Below are positions 1-9,633 of a stretch of DNA of 64,000 nucleotides, piece by piece. The position numbers and the translations under genes were made by a program. The DNA lies in assembly GCA_963665295.1 (NCBI GenBank), contig OY762209.1, positions 3,904,001 through 3,968,000 of the forward strand. Direction: 5' to 3'. Numbering within the stretch: position 1 is the first letter of the stretch; every line of letters starts with the position of its first letter. A model generated the notes under the pieces. The model was not told where the DNA came from and ran no database searches. It worked only from the letters and a program-made list of their open reading frames with translations. The DNA comes from Syntrophorhabdaceae bacterium (GTDB lineage Bacteria > Desulfobacterota > Syntrophorhabdia > Syntrophorhabdales > Syntrophorhabdaceae).

Positions 1-1
1 T

Positions 2-1147
2 ATAAGTGCCAACGATATCGAAGGATTGCTGCGTTTTGCGAAGCAGGAGAGGGTAGGGCTTGTCGTGGTAGGACCGGAGAACCCCCTCGCTTCGGGCATC
101 GTTGACCTCTTTAAGAAGACGGACATACCCATTTTCGGACCCTGTATGGACGGAGCCCGAATGGAGGCGAGCAAGATATTCTCCAAAAAGTTGATGGAGG
201 AGAACGGGATTCCCACTGCCCCCTTCAGGCCCTTCGTCGACTATGGTGAAGCAGCGCGGCACTTAAGCGAAATCACACCGCCATATGTCATAAAAGCCGA
301 TGGACTGTGCGCGGGGAAAGGCGCCTATGTCATATGGGACAGCAAAGAGGGAGAAAAGGTTCTGCGAGACCTCATGGTTGACAGGATTTACGGGGACGCC
401 GGAGCCAGGATCATTATCGAGGGTTTTCTCCCCGGCATCGAGGCATCCTATCTCGCCTTCACCGACGGAAAGACCATTCTGCCCATGCTTCCGTCCCAGG
501 ACCACAAGCCCCTTCTTGACAACGACAAGGGGCCGAATACGGGTGGCATGGGGGCTTACACTCCTGTACCCTTCGTGGATAGGGACCTGGAAGACGTGAT
601 CAACGCGCGGATCATGAGGAAAACCATTGAAGCCCTGGCAAGCAAGGGGATTGAATACAAAGGCGTTCTTTACGGCGGGTTGATGATAAAAGACCGTGAC
701 CCTTATGTCGTCGAATTTAACGCACGTCTTGGCGATCCCGAGACACAGCCGATTCTCTTCAAGATGGAGAGCGATATCGTGCCCATTCTCCTTGCTTGTA
801 CGGAGGGAAAACTCGATACGGTCCCCGAGATAAAATGGAAACCGGGCGTTTCCCTGTGCGTGGTCCTTGCGTCAAAAGGCTATCCCGATGCACCGGAGAA
901 AGGGAAGATTATAGAGGGCCTCGCTGACCTCAGGGGCACTGATAAGGCCATGGTATTCCACGCCGGTACAAAAAAGACGGGAAACGAGTACTATACGTCG
1001 GGTGGAAGGGTTCTTGGGGTTACGGGTATAGGTGAGACCTATGGCGACGCCATAAGGAACGTCTATGATGCGGTTTCCTGCATTCGGTTCGAGGGAATGC
1101 AGTTCAGGAAGGACATTGGTGCCAAAGCGCTTAATTTCATTAAATAA
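2..1147 (+). CDS. purD: Phosphoribosylamine--glycine ligase (5' truncated by window)
   Basis: Frame open from base 2; GARS motifs VVGPENPL, KADGLCAGKG, GPNTGGMG, EFNARLGDPETQ. Confidence 0.96.
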   Translation: MSANDIEGLLRFAKQERVGLVVVGPENPLASGIVDLFKKTDIPIFGPCMDGARMEASKIFSKKLMEENGIPTAPFRPFVDYGEAARHLSEITPPYVIKADGLCAGKGAYVIWDSKEGEKVLRDLMVDRIYGDAGARIIIEGFLPGIEASYLAFTDGKTILPMLPSQDHKPLLDNDKGPNTGGMGAYTPVPFVDRDLEDVINARIMRKTIEALASKGIEYKGVLYGGLMIKDRDPYVVEFNARLGDPETQPILFKMESDIVPILLACTEGKLDTVPEIKWKPGVSLCVVLASKGYPDAPEKGKIIEGLADLRGTDKAMVFHAGTKKTGNEYYTSGGRVLGVTGIGETYGDAIRNVYDAVSCIRFEGMQFRKDIGAKALNFIK

Positions 1148-1160
1148 AGGAGTATTTAAC

Positions 1161-2228
1161 ATGAGTAGAGCATACGATATAGCAGTTATTCCCGGAGACG
1201 GTACAGGCCCCGAGGTAGTTGCGGAAGGTATAAAAGTCCTCAACGCCGCATCGGCGAGGCTGGGATTTACCCTGAATTATACCCATTATGACATAGGCGG
1301 GGAAAGGTACCTCAGAACCAACGAAACCCTGCCTGACAGCGTTCTTCAAGAATTGAGGCAGTATAAGGCCATACTCCTGGGCGCCATAGGCCATCCTGAT
1401 GTAAAGCCGGGTATCCTCGAAAAGGAAATTCTCCTGAGAACGCGCTTTGAGCTCGACCAGTACATCAACCTTCGGCCGGTCAAGTTGTATGAAGGCGTCG
1501 ATACCCCCCTCAAAAATAAGGGACCGAAGGAAATCGACTTCGTGGTGGTAAGGGAGAACACGGAAGGCCTCTACGCGGGAGCGGGAGGCGTTCTCAAGAA
1601 AGGCACGAAGGATGAGGTCGCTATCCAGGAATCCATCAATACCCGCAAGGGAGTGGAGAGATGCCTCAGGTTCGCCTTCGAGTACACGAAGAAACGTAAC
1701 AAGGATAACAAGCTCACTCTATGCGGCAAAACAAATGTGCTCACCTATGCATTCAACCTCTGGGAAAGGGCTTTTTACGAGGTTGGCAAAGAGTATCCCG
1801 GCATCACCACGGATTACGCCCATGTAGACGCGACTTGCATGTGGATGGTTAAGAACCCCGAATGGTTTGATGTTATTGTTACCGATAACATGTTCGGAGA
1901 CATCATTACCGACCTGGGAGCCATGATTCAGGGCGGCATGGGCGTCGCGTGCGGAGGCAATATCAACCCCGAGGGTGTTTCCATGTTCGAACCTATCGGC
2001 GGCTCGGCACCCAAATATACAGGAAAGAACGTGATCAATCCTCTCGCGGCAATCCTTGCAGGTGGAATGCTCCTTGAATTCATCGGCGAACAGGCAGGGG
2101 CCGACCTCATCGAGAACGCGGTGCGGTTTGCGATAAAGAAGGACATCAAGTCGCAGGACGCGGGCAAGATGGGCATGGGTACACGGGAGGTCGGAGACCT
2201 TGTCGCAGGGATCGTGGCGACCCTTTAG
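1161..2228 (+). CDS. leuB: 3-isopropylmalate dehydrogenase (type 2 LeuB, isocitrate/isopropylmalate DH family)
   Basis: [42 protein letters not shown] 1161 with AAGGAG upstream. Confidence 0.88.
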   Translation: MSRAYDIAVIPGDGTGPEVVAEGIKVLNAASARLGFTLNYTHYDIGGERYLRTNETLPDSVLQELRQYKAILLGAIGHPDVKPGILEKEILLRTRFELDQYINLRPVKLYEGVDTPLKNKGPKEIDFVVVRENTEGLYAGAGGVLKKGTKDEVAIQESINTRKGVERCLRFAFEYTKKRNKDNKLTLCGKTNVLTYAFNLWERAFYEVGKEYPGITTDYAHVDATCMWMVKNPEWFDVIVTDNMFGDIITDLGAMIQGGMGVACGGNINPEGVSMFEPIGGSAPKYTGKNVINPLAAILAGGMLLEFIGEQAGADLIENAVRFAIKKDIKSQDAGKMGMGTREVGDLVAGIVATL

Positions 2229-2509
2229 TCTTCGTCGGCGTTATGGTTCAGATCTTTTAATTTTTTGCTCAGGGTATTTCTGTTGATACCGAGCAGCTTG
2301 GCTGCCTGCGTGACATTGTTGTTCTTGATCCGCATGGCAGCCGCAATGAAGATCCTCTCGATGGTCTGATGCACATCCAGGAGTATGTTATCGTCATTAT
2401 GTTTTGCCGACAGCAGGCTGTCCACTATACGTTCAAGTTTTACTTCAACAAGCTTGCAGACATTGTTGGGATCATTGCTTATTATGTTGTCAGCCATATG
2501 TATGAGCAC
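2225..2509 (-). CDS. Small stand-alone Fis-type HTH protein
   Basis: C-terminal NVTQAAKLLGINRNTLSKKL Fis/HTH_8 signature. Confidence 0.8.
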   Translation of the reverse strand: MLIHMADNIISNDPNNVCKLVEVKLERIVDSLLSAKHNDDNILLDVHQTIERIFIAAAMRIKNNNVTQAAKLLGINRNTLSKKLKDLNHNADED

Positions 2510-2573
2510 GTTATATTCTCTTTTCCCTGTGAGTAAGAATCAATCCTGCCACCCCCCGATGAATGTAATTTTA

Positions 2574-2602
2574 AGTCTACAAAAAGCCCTTTTTCTTGTC
2601 AA
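2574..2602 (-). promoter_or_regulatory. Sigma70-like promoter for Fis-like gene
   Basis: TTGACA-N17-TAGACT on minus strand. Confidence 0.6.
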
Positions 2603-2695
2603 GACCAATAACGGGTTTTTCGGCTTCTTTGCATTAGTACTGATAAGAGATATTATGTTAACTTATTGAACTATCCATTATCGTCCGCTCAAAAC

Positions 2696-2926
2696 CTACA
2701 CCACTATAACCCTGTCCGGATCGGGTAGCCTCAACACGAACTCCTTCACTTCTTCAAATTCGGTATCCGTAAGGTGCTTGCCCCGTTCCAGTCTGATGAA
2801 ATTCTGTCCTCCCGCCTTCTCAGTGGGGAAAGTAAACCCGAAGTCTATATGGTTTTCCTCCGCGCGGACGTAGGTGATCGTTTCCAGGTTGATAACGTAG
2901 TACTTGATTCTCACAAATTCAGACAC
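2696..2926 (-). CDS. Hypothetical 76-aa protein, last gene of efflux operon
   Basis: Strong GGAGGTG RBS; starts 18 nt after RND stop. Confidence 0.7.
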   Translation of the reverse strand: MSEFVRIKYYVINLETITYVRAEENHIDFGFTFPTEKAGGQNFIRLERGKHLTDTEFEEVKEFVLRLPDPDRVIVV

Positions 2927-2944
2927 TGCTGCACCTCCAAAGGA

Positions 2945-5900
2945 TCATTCGTTTACCTCGACAAACTTGAAAAGCAAAGGCACCACCACAAGCAGAATGG
3001 CGGTCCCAATGAGCATACCGCCCACTACGACGATGGCAAGCGGTTTCTGGACCTGACTCCCTACGCCGTGGGATAACGCTGCAGGCAGCAGGCCGAGAGA
3101 CGCCACCAGACCGACCATGAGTATGGACCTGAACTTCTCCTGTATGGTTTCAAGGGTTGCCTTCTCTTTGTTTTTGATCTCCTTGTACACTTCTATATAA
3201 TGGTTTATCACAATGCACGTGTCGAAGGCGGATATACCTATCACCGATACAAACCCTACTATGGCGGATATACTCAGGGATTGCCCTGTGAGGAGGAGAC
3301 TTACGACCCCGCCAAAGACGGTACAGATGGGCGCAACGATTGTAAGGAGCGTATTCCTGAGATTGCCGTAAAACATGTACAGAAGTATAACGATCAAAAA
3401 GACGGCAATGGGTATGGAAATATAGAACCTCTGAAAGGCCGCCTTCATCTCGTTAAACATACCGCTCCACTGCATATAGTAACCCTCGGGCATCTTGATC
3501 TTCGCCACTTGCGCCTGGGCCTTTTCCACGGTGCCTCCGAGGTTTTTGGAGGCCACATTGAACTTGACCGGTATGTACCTCTTGTAATTCTCTCTGTATA
3601 CGAAGGATGCACCCGTCGTATAGTGTATCTTCGCCACGCGGGAGAGAGGTACAACTCCACCGGATTGCAGCACTATGGGAATACCCGCTATCTTCTCGGG
3701 CTGTTGCCTGTAGGTATACGGAAAGCTTACCTGGAGGGCGAAGTTCTTTTCTCCCTCTATGATCTGGCTTACTACCCTGCCTCCCAGGGCTGCCGATACC
3801 ATGTCCAGGATCTCCTGAACGCTTAACCCGACAGCCGCGGCATTTTCTCTGTCCACCTCGATCAAAAGGTTCGGCTGTCCTATTTCCCGGTATATGCCTA
3901 CATCTTTCACATCGGGGATCACGTCAAGCTTTGCCTTGACCTCCAGCGCAAGCCTGTCGAGTTCGTACAGGTCTTCTCCGATGATCTTCACCGCATTTTC
4001 GCCCTTTACGCCCGAGGTCATCTCTTCGAGGTTATCCTGCATGTACTGGGAGACGTTGATGCTCACGTTAGGAAAGAGATTCGTCAGCTTTTGCCTTATT
4101 TCTTCTTCCAGGTGTTCCTTGGTAATGTTTCTTTTCCAGGTGTTGTAAGGCTTCAGGCCCACAAAATATTCGCTATTGAACGGGCCTGTGGCATCGGTGC
4201 CGTCCTCGGGACGCCCGACGCGAACAGCGATGGTTTTCACTTCGTCAAACGTCATGAAGACGTCCCTCGCCTTTTTCGCATTTTCATGGGTCTTGTTGAG
4301 GGAGATGGAATAGGGAAAGGTTATCCTCGTATATATGTTGCCCTCGTCCATTTTGGGGAGGAACTGAGTGCCTATAAACGCATAACCGGCGATGAATCCC
4401 GCAAGAATTACGGAAAAAACGATAATCAGGACGGTTTTTGAGTTCTTGAGGAGAAAAGCCACGACCCGCGAGTAAAACTGCCCCATCGCCTCGACGAACT
4501 TGAAATCCTTCCCTTCATGTCCCTCCAGGAACCTGTGTATGGACGCGCTAAGGTAAGTGAACGTCAGGAGAAGGGTGAAGAAAAGGGCATAGGAGTATGT
4601 CTTCGCCATGGGCGAAAAGATCTGCTTTTCCGCCCCCTTCATAGTAAAAATGGGTATAAAGGCGATGACGATAATCGCGACGAGCAACATTATCGGGGCC
4701 CCCACCTCCCCTATCGCCTTAACCAGCGACCTGTCGGAAGAGGTGAGTTTCTTGGCCGCCTGTTTCCTTGCCACCCGAACATAATTTTCGGTAAGTACGA
4801 GGGCAATATCGGCGATAATGCCGAAGTCTATGGCTCCTATGGAGAGGAGGTTCGCCGACTCGCCGGTTATTGCCATGACGGCAAGGGTGATGCCCAGGGA
4901 AATGGGTATTACAAGGGCGGTAATCACCGCTGCTCTCAGGTTCCCCAGGAACAGGAAGAGGGCAACCCCCACAAGGAGAACCCCTGTGGCCGCCGTTTCT
5001 ATGACCTTCTTTATGACGCTGTTGATGAGTTCCGACCTTTCGTAGTAGGGGACTATCTTTATACCCTTGGGGAGTATCTTGTCGTTAAGCTCCGCCACCT
5101 TTTCGTTTATCGATTTGATGGAGGGAATGCTCTTTTCCCCTCGCCTCAGGATTACGTTGCCCATCACCACGTCGTCGTGGCGGTCATGTATCACGATTCC
5201 GGTCCGTGGTTTATTACCGAGGGTTACTTCGGCGATATTCTCGATGAGCACGGCCTTTCCCTGCTTGTACGTGACGACAGTATTTCCTATATCGGAAAGG
5301 CTCTTTATGAGGCCCAGGCCCCTCACCATATAATACTGGTCACCCAGTTCAATGGTCCTTCCTCCTACGCTGACATTTGACTTGGACAGAGCCTCCAATA
5401 CCTGCGAGAGCGTTATACCATACTTGATAAGGTCTTCCGGGATGACTTTCACCACGTAGGCCTTGATAAAACCTCCGTAATTGGCCACATCCTCCACGCC
5501 GTGTGCGGTCTTCAGGTACCTTCCCACGGTCCAGTCCTGAAGGGTCCTCAGTTCCATGAGGTTGTTCGAACCGTAGAGAATGTATTGCATCACCTCTCCC
5601 ATGGGGCTGGGGATAAGGTTTGGCTGGATACCGTCAGGCAATGCAATATCGGCGAGCCGGTTGATCACTTCCTGTCGGGCCTCTCTATAAGGCATATCAT
5701 AGGAAAACTTACACTTAATATCCGACAGGCCGTAGAGGGACGCCGAGTTTATCCTCTCCAGTCCCCTCATCCCGGCGAGTCCTACCTCTATGGGGATGGT
5801 GATCCTTCGCTCCACCTCTTCTGCCGATTTTCCTTCGTAGATGCTTACAATTTCGACCATGGGCGGCGACGGGTCCGGAAAGGCCTCCACGTTAAGGTCC

Positions 5901-5992
5901 TTTACCACGAAGAGAGACATAAAGAACGTGGTGAGAACAAGTATCAGCAGTATTCCGCTGTGAGTTGTGACGAATACGGTAAGCTTTCTCAT
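2945..5992 (-). CDS. CusA/CzcA-family heavy-metal efflux RND transporter
   Basis: 1015 aa; VEAFPD, AIDFGIIAD...EN proton-relay motif, PKMDEG, QKPLAIVVVGG. Confidence 0.92.
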   Translation of the reverse strand: MRKLTVFVTTHSGILLILVLTTFFMSLFVVKDLNVEAFPDPSPPMVEIVSIYEGKSAEEVERRITIPIEVGLAGMRGLERINSASLYGLSDIKCKFSYDMPYREARQEVINRLADIALPDGIQPNLIPSPMGEVMQYILYGSNNLMELRTLQDWTVGRYLKTAHGVEDVANYGGFIKAYVVKVIPEDLIKYGITLSQVLEALSKSNVSVGGRTIELGDQYYMVRGLGLIKSLSDIGNTVVTYKQGKAVLIENIAEVTLGNKPRTGIVIHDRHDDVVMGNVILRRGEKSIPSIKSINEKVAELNDKILPKGIKIVPYYERSELINSVIKKVIETAATGVLLVGVALFLFLGNLRAAVITALVIPISLGITLAVMAITGESANLLSIGAIDFGIIADIALVLTENYVRVARKQAAKKLTSSDRSLVKAIGEVGAPIMLLVAIIVIAFIPIFTMKGAEKQIFSPMAKTYSYALFFTLLLTFTYLSASIHRFLEGHEGKDFKFVEAMGQFYSRVVAFLLKNSKTVLIIVFSVILAGFIAGYAFIGTQFLPKMDEGNIYTRITFPYSISLNKTHENAKKARDVFMTFDEVKTIAVRVGRPEDGTDATGPFNSEYFVGLKPYNTWKRNITKEHLEEEIRQKLTNLFPNVSINVSQYMQDNLEEMTSGVKGENAVKIIGEDLYELDRLALEVKAKLDVIPDVKDVGIYREIGQPNLLIEVDRENAAAVGLSVQEILDMVSAALGGRVVSQIIEGEKNFALQVSFPYTYRQQPEKIAGIPIVLQSGGVVPLSRVAKIHYTTGASFVYRENYKRYIPVKFNVASKNLGGTVEKAQAQVAKIKMPEGYYMQWSGMFNEMKAAFQRFYISIPIAVFLIVILLYMFYGNLRNTLLTIVAPICTVFGGVVSLLLTGQSLSISAIVGFVSVIGISAFDTCIVINHYIEVYKEIKNKEKATLETIQEKFRSILMVGLVASLGLLPAALSHGVGSQVQKPLAIVVVGGMLIGTAILLVVVPLLFKFVEVNE

Positions 5993-7068
5993 GGTTTTTC
6001 AAGCTCGATGGCTGAAAGGATGATTTCCTGGCCTTCTTTCAGGCCTTCGACAGCCATATATTTGCCGGAGACCTCACGAAAAGGTTTTATTTCCTTCAAT
6101 TCGCACATCCCCTCTTTTCCTTTTGTGGGACAATATACATAAAATTTGCCTTCCCGGTAAACCATGGCGGACTGAGGTATCATGGGAAGAAGCTTCCTCT
6201 GATCCTGGATCATGAGTTTCAGGAACATGTTCTGTTTAAAAGACTCCTTCTTCCCGAGAAGCTTTATGAAGGTCTTGACGGTTTTGGAATCTTGGTCCGA
6301 TACATCGCTCACATAGTTGATGACGCCTTTGAAAGGAGAATTGGGGTAGACGTCCACGTAAAACGTGACGTCGCTGCCCTTCCTGACCCTCGGAATGTCG
6401 GTGTCGTAAATATTAGCCACAATTATAATATTTGAAGGATCCGCGATTGTCATGAGCGGGCTCGATGTGTCGACTTTGTCCCCTATATGGGTCTGAATGT
6501 CCGCAACATAACCGTTCATGGGGGCTTTTATGAGCACCGCATCCGGCGCCGGTCGTTTCGCCTCCCCCTTTTCGTCTACTGAATACCCATAGATGCTCAG
6601 CTTGTTTTTGAGACCCTCCACGACCGCAGTTAACTGTTTTGCGCCGGCCTCACTATTTAACACATCATTTTTGGTTACCGCTCCTACCTCGAAGAGCTGC
6701 GTGTTCAACTTGTACACCCTCTCCGCCTGGTTCAACTGGGCCACAGCGCCGAGGTAACTCGAATACGCATCGGTCACTTCGGGAGATATGATAGACACAA
6801 GGGGGTCGCCTTTCTTCACGCTGTCCCCGGCCTTTACAAATATCCGGTAGACCGTTCCCGCAAGATAGGGCAGTATTTTCGAGCTTCCGCCCAGGTCGGG
6901 CTGCACGCTTCCCGTGGCCTCGATATAGGTGATTACTTCGCTCGTGGAGACCTTGTATGTCTTGAGTTCCCGCTTTTCCTGCTTTGCCGTGCCCTGCCCT
7001 CCCCTGCTGCACCCGGTGGCAACAATAGCCACCAGCACCAGAATGGATAGAAAGAGTCTCTTCTTCAT
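5989..7068 (-). CDS. RND periplasmic adaptor (CzcB/CusB-like lipoprotein)
   Basis: Lipobox VATGC; MFP motifs VKAGDSVKKGDPL and IKAPMNG; 4-nt overlap with RND. Confidence 0.9.
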   Translation of the reverse strand: MKKRLFLSILVLVAIVATGCSRGGQGTAKQEKRELKTYKVSTSEVITYIEATGSVQPDLGGSSKILPYLAGTVYRIFVKAGDSVKKGDPLVSIISPEVTDAYSSYLGAVAQLNQAERVYKLNTQLFEVGAVTKNDVLNSEAGAKQLTAVVEGLKNKLSIYGYSVDEKGEAKRPAPDAVLIKAPMNGYVADIQTHIGDKVDTSSPLMTIADPSNIIIVANIYDTDIPRVRKGSDVTFYVDVYPNSPFKGVINYVSDVSDQDSKTVKTFIKLLGKKESFKQNMFLKLMIQDQRKLLPMIPQSAMVYREGKFYVYCPTKGKEGMCELKEIKPFREVSGKYMAVEGLKEGQEIILSAIELEKP

Positions 7069-8321
7069 TATCTTATTTCCCCTGTATAGACCTTTAAAAG
7101 CTCTTTATTGAGCGCCGCTTGCGTAAGGGCCTGATTATATTTCGTTATATATTCACGGTATGTCTTCTGGGTATCGAGAAGTTCGAGCACCGTGATGCCT
7201 CCGAGAGAAAAGGCCTTTTCCGTATTGATAAGGAGATCGCCCACCTCTTTCTTCCTGGTCTTATAGGAGGTAAATATGGTGACCCCGGACTTGTAGATAT
7301 TGAGGGCCTGATTCAGTTCCGTCTCCATCCTTCCCTTCACCCGGGAGATAAGGACCTCCGTCTGTTTGAACTCGGCAGTCCGCTTGAGTATCTCACCCTG
7401 ATATCTATTGAATAGGGGAAGGGGCACGCTGAAGCCGACACCTATGCCGTTTGTCGCGGGGTTTCCCGTAGAGTCCCATTCACCCCCCACGGTGACATCA
7501 GGAATCCTGGACGCCTTTGCGAGGGCCAGCGAGTACTCCGCAGCTTTTAGCTGTTTCTTTGCCGACAGGTAATCAAACCTGTTTTCGTAAGCCCTTTCAA
7601 GAAGTTCGGCGACCCGGAAGTCCTGGAAATCTTCCTGGACCTCATGTTTCTTCGGCGTGTATTTCGCGGCCGACCCGAGGAGAAAGTTGAAGGATTCCAA
7701 ATCATTGTTTAACTGGGCAGTAAGATTGGTTACGCTGTTTTCGAGGTCTATCCTGGCCAGTTTCAGTTTCGTATAGTCGATCAGGGACATGAATCCCGCC
7801 CTGAATCGCTTTTCCGCCACACCGAGCACCTTGTCGAACCTCGCGATTTCACCTTTTGCGAAGTCCAGATTGGCCATGTCGAGGTAGAGATTGAAATATG
7901 TAGTGTAGAAACCGATCAGAAGGTTCCGGATCACATCCCGGTGAGCCAGCTTTGATGCTTCGAGAGTCTCACTCGCCGAATTTGTCCGTAGGGTTCTTTT
8001 TCCCGCGGTTTCGATAAGTTGATCGATCCGGACCATTAACTGTGTATTGTCCCACCTGTGCGTATTCCACCGGCTCATGGCCAGATTGGTATAGCCTACA
8101 GTGAGATTGGGGTTTGGCCTCAACTTTGCCGTCACATAATCCGCATAACTCCGGTCAACTTCATACTTGCTTACAATGATGTCAAAATTGTTCTGGTAGA
8201 AGACTGTCAGAGCGTCCTCCATACCTATCTCTTCGGCGACGACGACTGCCGCCCCGAGGAAAACGATCCATGCGGCGTATAGGAAAAAAAGCGGTTTACA
8301 GGACCTTCGAACCCTCAGCAT
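7068..8321 (-). CDS. TolC/CzcC-family outer membrane efflux protein
   Basis: Signal peptide; RPNPNL, SVPLPLFNRYQG, LELLD motifs. Confidence 0.9.
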   Translation of the reverse strand: MLRVRRSCKPLFFLYAAWIVFLGAAVVVAEEIGMEDALTVFYQNNFDIIVSKYEVDRSYADYVTAKLRPNPNLTVGYTNLAMSRWNTHRWDNTQLMVRIDQLIETAGKRTLRTNSASETLEASKLAHRDVIRNLLIGFYTTYFNLYLDMANLDFAKGEIARFDKVLGVAEKRFRAGFMSLIDYTKLKLARIDLENSVTNLTAQLNNDLESFNFLLGSAAKYTPKKHEVQEDFQDFRVAELLERAYENRFDYLSAKKQLKAAEYSLALAKASRIPDVTVGGEWDSTGNPATNGIGVGFSVPLPLFNRYQGEILKRTAEFKQTEVLISRVKGRMETELNQALNIYKSGVTIFTSYKTRKKEVGDLLINTEKAFSLGGITVLELLDTQKTYREYITKYNQALTQAALNKELLKVYTGEIR

Positions 8322-8568
8322 GTGATGCTCATCTCCATTTCAAGGTCTTGGTCCCTCCGTGTACCCGGAGAGCCAAAAGCCATAAATCACGTTTACTTGG
8401 CCATATTTTCATGCAACCTGCGCCCCGCCCCACAATACGCCTGGAGTTCCCGAATGGATTTTCGGGGATGACCGATATCATGTTCACCGGAAAGCAACTC
8501 ACTCGAGATGCCCGATCGTGATTCGGTACAGGTGTTCCTCATCTAACCTACTTAGATGATAATACAGG

Positions 8569-8859
8569 TTATTCTGTTGGTGCTACGGGGGGCCCTCGAT
8601 ATATATGAAGAAAAAGTGTGGTCAGGCCGGTAAAGGGGGCGCAGTAATGAAAGGCGTAATACTGCGCATACCTGTTTACTTCTATGATACCCGGGTGATT
8701 CTCCGCTACAGCCATTTCTGCGTTTGATTCAAGGAAACCCGGGTACCTGAGCCACGGATATCCGTTGCTCTGGTAAATCTCGACAGTAAGAAAAGAAAAC
8801 AAGAAGACCGCCGCGAACAGGACGGAAATGGACCGCGGAAAAAATCGCGAATTAGACAT
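8569..8859 (-). CDS. 96-aa ORF with N-terminal hydrophobic segment and C-terminal RGPP (candidate arrest-peptide leader)
   Basis: SISVLFAAVFLFSFLTV then LFLHIYRGPPVAPTE*; own predicted promoter; upstream of efflux operon. Confidence 0.6.
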   Translation of the reverse strand: MSNSRFFPRSISVLFAAVFLFSFLTVEIYQSNGYPWLRYPGFLESNAEMAVAENHPGIIEVNRYAQYYAFHYCAPFTGLTTLFLHIYRGPPVAPTE

Positions 8860-8870
8860 AGACAGATGTT

Positions 8871-8900
8871 ACTTTAAATCTTGTAATAGGTATATGTCAA
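8871..8900 (-). promoter_or_regulatory. Sigma70-like promoter for RGPP ORF/efflux operon
   Basis: TTGACA-N18-TAAAGT ending 11 nt before ATG 8859. Confidence 0.5.
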
Positions 8901-9619
8901 CTCAAAAATGCTTTCTTCATATCTTTTATTTCATGTTCTTCGAGATACCTGTATTCGCCCGGTTTGAGGTCCCCCAGTTTAATGCTCCCGATCCTGACAC
9001 GTTTCAACTTCAACACGTGATGTCCCATCTTTTCGCCGATCTTTCGTATCATCCTATTCTTTCCTTCCCGTGCGACGACCCTGTACCAGGTGTTCTGGAG
9101 CGACGATTTCACGTAGGAGATATCCTCAACCTTGTATACGGAACCATCGATAACCACACCCTGCTTCATTTCTTTGAGTTCATGTTGGCGAAGACCGCCT
9201 TTGAATTTTACGAGGTACTCTTTTTCAACCTCAAATTTTGGATGGGTTACCATGTTTGCGAACTCCCCGTCGTTGGTGAATATCATAAGCCCCTCGGAGT
9301 GGTAATCCAGCCTGCCGACAGGGAATAGATGGCCGTCCACGTGTATGAGCCGTCTTGCAATATCCCGGTCGTCATCGTATTTGAGATCCGACAGGACCTT
9401 GACGGGTTTATAAAGGGCGACATACAACTTGGCGGTATTGTCGTGCACGACCTGATTATCGACGGTCACGGTGTCGCGCTCGGGGACTATCTTGTAGCCC
9501 TGTTCCACCACAACAGTGCCGTTGACTTTAACCTTTCCTCCTGCGATGATCTCCTCCGCCTTCCGCCGCGAAGAAACACCGCAGTGGGAAAGAAATGCGG
9601 AGAGTCTTAATGTGTTCAT
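8897..9619 (-). CDS. rluB: RsuA/RluB-family rRNA pseudouridine synthase
   Basis: S4 domain (GVSSRRKAE), catalytic VGRLD, EGKNRMIR. Confidence 0.85.
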   Translation of the reverse strand: MNTLRLSAFLSHCGVSSRRKAEEIIAGGKVKVNGTVVVEQGYKIVPERDTVTVDNQVVHDNTAKLYVALYKPVKVLSDLKYDDDRDIARRLIHVDGHLFPVGRLDYHSEGLMIFTNDGEFANMVTHPKFEVEKEYLVKFKGGLRQHELKEMKQGVVIDGSVYKVEDISYVKSSLQNTWYRVVAREGKNRMIRKIGEKMGHHVLKLKRVRIGSIKLGDLKPGEYRYLEEHEIKDMKKAFLS

Positions 9620-9633
9620 CTATCGATCCTTTA

